This document shows positions 57,689 to 64,000 of a DNA stretch of 64,000 nucleotides, piece after piece (position 1 is the stretch's first letter; every line of letters starts with the position of its first letter). The position numbers and the translations under genes were made by a program. The stretch comes from Azolla caroliniana (lineage: Eukaryota > Plantae > Polypodiophyta). The notes beneath the pieces were generated by a model. That model was given only the letters and a program-made list of their open reading frames with translations, was not told the DNA's origin and ran no database searches. Location of the stretch: NCBI GenBank assembly GCA_043228905.1, contig JBHGNT010000001.1, forward strand, positions 17,112,001 to 17,176,000, written 5' to 3'.

Positions 57689-60600
57689 AAACTTGTCGGA
57701 TCCGAGTGGCTTGGTGAGGATGTCGGCAATCTGCCGATTGGTGCAAACATACCGGAGTTCAACTTCACACGGGATTGCATGCTACTAAGGTTGTCACAAT
57801 AGATCGGATCGGAGTCGGTACTTTGATATGGAGCTCTTGCAGCACTCGTCAAAGCCATATGGCTTCACAGGTCGCAATGGTAGCTCCTCGGTACTCAGCC
57901 TTAGTGCTCAACTGAGCCACTGTCGGTTGCTTCTTGCTATTCCACGCAACATCTGCGATCCCAAGAGAAAACATGAACCCGAATGTTGACCGACAATCCG
58001 ACGCATCACCGGCCTAGTCGGCATTAGTATAGCCGACAGTTGTTCAACTATACCATGTCGGTACAATAGTCCCCGATCATTTGTGCCGCTCATAGATCAT
58101 TGTAGTCTATGCACACACTAAAAGTGCTTGACTGTCATGTTAGTCGGTTGGCTATAGGGTCGGAAGGTTGGAATCAGACAGGTGTGAAAGGGTCGAAGTT
58201 GACAATGTTTGGAAGTATAGAAGAGTCGGAGCCAAATCGACATAGCAGATCGATGAGTCAGCAATATTTATTTTTTCCAAGTAGTAAAAATATATATTAG
58301 AATTAGTTAGATAGTTTTGTAATAGTTCTTGCCGAATATAGGTAGGTGTAAGCTTGGAAAGAGAGTTTCGATTTCACCTATAAAAAGGTGATAGTTAAGT
58401 ATATGAGGCTTCTCGTTGTAGGCTGTTACGGAGTTAGGACGTAACTTTAGATTCCGGTCAAGGGGTATCGAGACCAGTTGGGAATTGGTCATGCCGAACT
58501 TGAACAGCATATTCAATACATAGTGTCGCTAAGAAAACAATATGACATCGGGGGTGTGGATCACTTCGATCCCAAGGAAATACTGAAGGTCCCCTAGGTC
58601 CTTCATCTCAAATGCTTCTGACAGTTGGGACTTGACTCAACCGATTGCAACTAGGTTGGGTCCAGTGATGACCAAGTTGTCGACATATAGTAGGATGCAT
58701 ACCGAACCTTTCGAACCTTTCCTGATGAACAATGATGAGTCGGATTTAAAGGTTGCAATCCCCATTTTTCGCAATCGGTGCATGATCTTCGAGTTCCAAG
58801 CATGGGAGGCTTGCTTCAAGCCGTAAAGTGACTTCTTGAGTCGGCACACTGCCGACTTGTTCATCTCAGACTGAAATCCAGGGTGTTGGATCATGTATAA
58901 TTGTTCTTCAAGGTCTCCTTGAAGAAATGTATTCTTCACATCCATTTGGTGGAGATGCCACCCCCCCATCGTTGTGACTGCCAATACCACACGAACCATC
59001 GTCATCTTCGCTACTAGAGCGAAGGTCTCCTCATATTCGATTCCGTGGGTCTATGCATATCCCTTGGCCACTAATCAGGCCTTGTACCGGTTGACCAAAC
59101 CATCGACATTATAATTTACCTTCTATACCCATTTGCAGCCGATCGTTTTGCAATGTTAGGGAGGTTCAACCAAGTCCCAAATATTGTTAGCAGTGAGTGC
59201 TCACATTTCTTCCTCCATAACAATACGCCAGTTCGCGTCCTTTGCTGCTTCTGCATTGTTGTGTCAAGGCATGTCGCATATAAGAGCTTGGCGTGTCCGA
59301 GCGGAGCCGCTGGAGTTCTGAACCAGGAGAGTGGAAATAAGAAGATGAAAGAGAAGGGTGGGAAGTCGAGCCGGAAGTATCTTAATAGTCACGAGTGGTT
59401 TGCAGCCCTACCCGTGAAGACAAAAAACCTTATATCGTTCCACCTACGTAACCAAATTAAGTTTGCAAACACATATTCGAAAGCCCTCTGGAAGATCTTT
59501 CCAATGAGCTATAGAACGTCGAAAATAGACTTGAGAATTGAGAATTATAAGGAAAATACCATACAGCGCTACTCCTCAAACGCAGATGAAGAAGAAATGC
59601 CAAAATAGGAAATTTACTATTTCTTGGAGAGAAAAACCCTTTACAAAATAGGATTCTTTGATTGTTTTTCCCTCCTCCATGACAATAATCCTCCCCTCTT
59701 ATACTAAATCAATGTCATTACATGTAGGCCACATGGCACACACCTTGAGAAGCTTGTGCATGTGCACGATATAAAGCATGTGGGCCATGTGGCACACATG
59801 TAGAGAAACTTTGCATGTGCGTTATATGGTACACATGAAATACATTACATGGTATTGACTACACAACATTTGTTCCAAAATAATCCAAATAAATCCCTAA
59901 GAACAATAATACTAAAGAACTTTGAGTCTAGAATGTAAATCAACTCCAATGAGTTGAATCAGGTGGATCTCCAAGGAGTGATGGGTCACCGAACCAAGTC
60001 GAGATGCGTGGTTGTAGTTGCGGCTAGTGTGGAATCGTGGTGGCACCAATCGGTCGTATCCCTTTACGACAGTGTAGCTCTCTGGCTCACGCACTTCCAC
60101 CACCTTTGTCATGTATGCATAATGGTGCACCATGTACTCGTTATATCCATACCACATCACGGGGTTCTTCTGGCAGGTAAATCGGCGCAACTTGTAATTC
60201 GCCGATTTTAGGGCCCTGTTGGCCAACTCAGACTTCATTTCCGAAAGCCCGTCTTCCTTCTTTCCGGTGTTGGATTCGCTCTAATCCGACTCTTCCTTGT
60301 ATGTGCCATATTCTAACATTTTCTTCTTCCCTTTATCTTTGCACATAAATTGTCTCCTCGGTTCCTTGCACGGGGATTGCACAACCAAGTCTCCACTACT
60401 CGCCAGCTCATCATCCGATTGGTTGCTCCGACTCAGTCTCTCATTCAGCCGTCTTAGCCAGAATGAGATCAGAGTCTCATCTAGAGTGCCAATATCTTCT
60501 TCTTCTTCCCGAATCATTTGGGGTTCACTGTCCTCATCTTCAGTGATCGCGTGGTCGGAGTTTTCAAGAGGCGGTAAGGAGTACCATGATGCCGACTCAT

Positions 60601-61407
60601 CCAATTCGACATCTCAGCTCACTCTTACTTGCTTGGTCTGGGGGTTGTCGCACTTGTACCCTTTTTGCTCATATGAGTACCCGACCAATATGCACTTCTC
60701 TGACTTTGCGTCCAGCTTCCTCCTCTTCTCATCTGGCACATGTACATACGCAATGTTGTCGAATACCCTCTAGTGTCTCAAGTTCATCTTTCGCCCAAAA
60801 TATAGCTCGTGTGCTGACACCTTTTTCCTGATCCGATTTTGGATGTAGACCGCGGTTCGGACCGCTTCGGCCTAGTAGAATTTGGGCATGCTCTTCTCCT
60901 CCAGCATTGCCCTTGCCGCTTCCACAATTGACCGATTCTTCCTTTCGGCTATGTCATTCTGCTCTGGAGTATATCTACAACTAAACTCTCTCTGAATTCC
61001 CATTTGCCATAGATAATAGTTGAACTGGATGGACAAGTACTCTTTTCCACCATCCGACTGCAAGCACTTGATCTTTTGCTCTATTTCCCATTCGACAAGA
61101 CTTTGTAGATTCCGGAATCAGTCGAAGACTTAGCTTTTCTTCTCAATGAGATAGATCCATGTGTGCCAGTTTTAGTCATTGATGAAGGAGACGAAATATC
61201 AACTCCCACCTAGGCTCACATTCTGTGCCGATCCCCATACATCCGAATCTATCAAGTCGAGCTTGTTCTAGCCACTAAATTTCAGCAATTTGAATACCAC
61301 TTGTTTTGATTGTAGATCTTGAAGCCTTTGGTAGTTATAGTGGTCAATCTGCTTGTGCCATAAGTCGATGTCTGACTCAACATTTTGTCCCTTCGCGAAC
61401 AGTACGG
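57689..61407 (-). mobile_element. Element L: degenerate copia pol of the A family
   Basis: RNase H (QIADILTKPL), RT (HQMDVKNTFL, LYVDNL), integrase (QSDGGKEY, PEQNDIAER), GAG-pre-integrase (ESDIDLWHK). Confidence 0.85.
59257..60071. mobile_element. Element P: solo LTR inserted in L
   Basis: TGTTGTG...TACGACA termini; flanks GCAT/GTGT; removal with a 4-bp overlap restores the host frame EPESYAEAAK. Confidence 0.72.
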
Positions 61408-62136
61408 TGTCGCGGAAATCCACGTGTGCATGTCGGATAGAACGGGACCACGGGGGTCTTGCACTAGGGAGTAAGAGGAGGGACAGAAACTTGGGAGTTC
61501 AACCAAGAAGGAATAGAAAGATTAAGATTTGAGAGATTAAGATTCAAGAGAATAAGATCTAAACAAGACAAGATACATTATGGATAGCACCACACCAATT
61601 ACAACCATGGTCGTGTACGCTGAATGTTAACCCTCTAAATGAAACCCTAACCGGATAGGGGAAAAGAAGAAGAAGACGAATGAAACCCCTAAAACGAGAT
61701 CCTAAAACCCAAAATTCCGAAACCCTAATGGCAACCCAAAGAAACCCAAAAAAGTAGAAGCCCCTCAAAAGTGACCCCTCACTCCCTTTTATAGTAATAA
61801 GGGGTGAGGCACATTACAAAAAGGAGTGGTCAAATCCCCTTTCTTTCAAAGGAGAGTATTTGACCTCGATCTTAGGAGGTGAGATTGATGGGTCTTAACT
61901 CCCTCTCCCCTCCTCGACATACTCAATGCCCACTACTCCCTACACCCAGACTTCATGTGCCTCCCTCTAGTCTACAAAGTGCACATCACCTTTATACCTT
62001 TACATCTTACTTTTCCTCCTTACATTTGTCTATTATTCCTATGTTACAATTTTCTTAAGTTCACGTGCAATGTTGCACATCTTGTTTTATTCCACCCACT
62101 CGGGTTTTCTTACCAAGGCCGAAAATCCTCACGACA
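61408..62136 (-). repeat. 3' LTR of element Q (J/M-related gypsy)
   Basis: TGTCGCGGAAATCC...GAAAATCCTCACGACA; PPT-like GGTGGGGGTGGA adjacent (62137-62148). Confidence 0.7.
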
Positions 62137-62591
62137 TCCACCCCCACCAAACCGCACATCCACCGGTATGTGCCAAGAAAGGAGAAGAGGTGAGATTCTC
62201 GAAAATAGTGATCAACCGGTTTCTGCCGTGTTTTCGTTCTCTTTGATCGACTTCGTCCTCCATTTCGAGCACACCCATCCCTTCCACACGAACCATCGTA
62301 GCCTCTCGAGTCGCCATGTCAGCCACACGTCCTCGAACAGTCGGCTCCATCCGATCCGCTATATCCGACGCTTGCACCTTCTTCCCCGATTAGTACTCCC
62401 GAACAACTGTGCCGATCCGTTCACTCTTCCTTTGTTTGCCACTTATGTCCTCTAGATGCACTCCCGGTTACTCCGATCACATGGCGGATTCCGCCCCTCG
62501 CGTTGTCGGGGTAGTTGTGGTTCGTGCGGCGAAGTTGCAGGGACTAAGGTTAAGGGGAGTTGAAGGAACTTTTATAAGGCTTGCGCTCAAA

Positions 62592-64000
62592 TGTTAGGAA
62601 GATAAAGGATATGAAGAATAATAGTTTAAAGTAATATGTGTGAGAGTGAGACTAGAATAGATAAAAGATAGAGGCAATGTATGATTCAAGACGCAAGATA
62701 GAGACAAAGTATGATTTAAGACAAAAAAGTATATGATATGTATTACGAATACAAGATTTTACCAACTTTACAATGTTTGGTAGCAAGATGAACCCTTTCT
62801 CTACCGACCCTTGATTCGAACTCACGACCTCAACTTCGAAACAAGAGGTTCTCCACCCAATGAGCTAATCTTCTTTACTTAATTGTATTACTTTCTCACT
62901 TTCTCTTGATCCCCTTGTTTTCCCTTTCCCCTCTTTATATAAGTGTTACCATGCATATGGTAATGTATGGGAGCATGGCATGCATGCAATGCATGAGTTA
63001 CATGTAATGCATGATCGCCATTTGGCGCACATGCATTGCATGTGATGAATGATGGCTATGTATGAAAATAGATATGGGATAAGTATAATGATGAAAATGC
63101 ATTCTAAAATAACTAACCTAGCTTAGTGGTGTATACTTGGTGCTTGGTATACAAGGTTGAGGGTTCAAGTCCCTCAATTTTACTTAATACAATATATAGC
63201 TTCATTCTTATATCATGAAGCACATTTATTACACACTTTTACAAATAAATAGCCTAGCCTAGTGGTATGTACATTGTATATCGTTTATAAGAATGTGGGT
63301 TCAAGTCTCTCAAATATTATGAAATACAACATTTAAGTTCATTTTTATATCGTGAAGCACATTCTTCACGACACCCACCCCCTCTGAACTTGCACATTGG
63401 TTGTGTAGAGTTCATCCAACACTTCTTCCGATTCTTTTAGTTCTTCTACTTCTTCATAAAATTCGGGCTCTAATGACTCCCTCCTTTTAAATATTTTAAT
63501 CCTTTTTCCTGCAATTGGGATACGAATTTCTGTCCCATCTAATTCATTGAGGAAATATGTGGCTTTATCTGTTATTTTCCTAACTTCATAAGGTCCAAAC
63601 CATCTTTTTGCAAACTTCCGAATAGTACTGTATTGATTATCTAGGCTATTATCATATACTAATACCCAATCTCCCTCTTGGACCTTTCTTGGTCGTATTC
63701 TTTTCATGTTGTCAAATCTGTCCTTATTCTTGATTCTTGCCTCTTTCAATCTAGTAGCTGCTTTTTCTATGTCTTCTATCCTTGATTGAAGTTGTCGTAT
63801 TCGAACCGCACGTAAATCTTCCCTACTCATTTCCGATTCCCAAGGCAACACAGCCCATGTAGTTATCTTTTCTTCAATTGGCATTATTGGCTTCTGTCCT
63901 GTGATTAATTCTGCAGGCATATATCCAGTAACAGTGCTGTGAGTTGTCCTATCAGCCCATAGTGCATAGGGTAAGGTTTTTGGCCAATCACTAACCCGTC
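62592..64000 (-). mobile_element. Element K: 3' end of a J-related gypsy (LTR to 63373, left boundary uncertain; integrase C-terminus)
   Basis: PPT AGAGGGGGTGGG next to TGTCGTGAAG; LTR similar to M (GCCATTTGGCGC.CATGCATT); integrase matches J (LPYALWADRTTH..MPAELI.GQKPIMPIE). Confidence 0.8.
63366..64000 (-). CDS. Gypsy integrase C-terminus with GPY/F motif (partial, continues beyond the window)
   Basis: Open frame to the window edge; GDWVLVY..KRWFGPYEV. Confidence 0.8.
   Translation of the reverse strand, partial: RVSDWPKTLPYALWADRTTHSTVTGYMPAELITGQKPIMPIEEKITTWAVLPWESEMSREDLRAVRIRQLQSRIEDIEKAATRLKEARIKNKDRFDNMKRIRPRKVQEGDWVLVYDNSLDNQYSTIRKFAKRWFGPYEVRKITDKATYFLNELDGTEIRIPIAGKRIKIFKRRESLEPEFYEEVEELKESEEVLDELYTTNVQVQRGWVS

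Noticed and set aside
59153-59608. 151-aa ORF as a host gene
   Set aside because: It is a chimera of antisense copia RT and solo LTR P sequence.
63119-63175. Functional tRNA genes (also 43206-43265)
   Set aside because: A/B boxes are present but no convincing acceptor or anticodon stems; they lie inside LTRs.

Overview
This window is a gene-free, deeply nested cluster of eukaryotic (plant-type) transposons. It holds about 16 LTR-retrotransposon copies or remnants (Ty1/copia, chromovirus Ty3/gypsy, Athila/Tat-like gypsy with an extra ORF, and a tRNA-Trp-primed gypsy family) plus one 3.5-kb non-autonomous TIR/foldback element. The lineage mix suggests a non-seed land plant (inference). Two elements are young. 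Copia B (1973-7480) has 304-bp LTRs differing at 1 site, TSD CTTCG and an intact 1338-aa ORF. Gypsy F (13781-23610) has 419-bp LTRs differing at 3 sites, TSD TTTCT and an intact 1956-aa Gag-Pol. The most striking signal is in three diverged Athila/Tat-like elements (F, G, H). Each lacks a polypurine tract at the 3' LTR and instead carries a sense copy of a tRNA-Arg-like 3' end (GGGTTCGA-hairpin-GTCCCAC..GTG-CCA) ending 2 nt before the LTR, which may indicate tRNA-primed plus-strand synthesis. Also notable are Tf1-type self-priming chromoviruses, CG-centred 4-bp TSDs, and tRNA-like A/B boxes inside LTRs. Element letters are my own labels. All comparisons were made by eye, and reference tRNA sequences are recalled, not searched.
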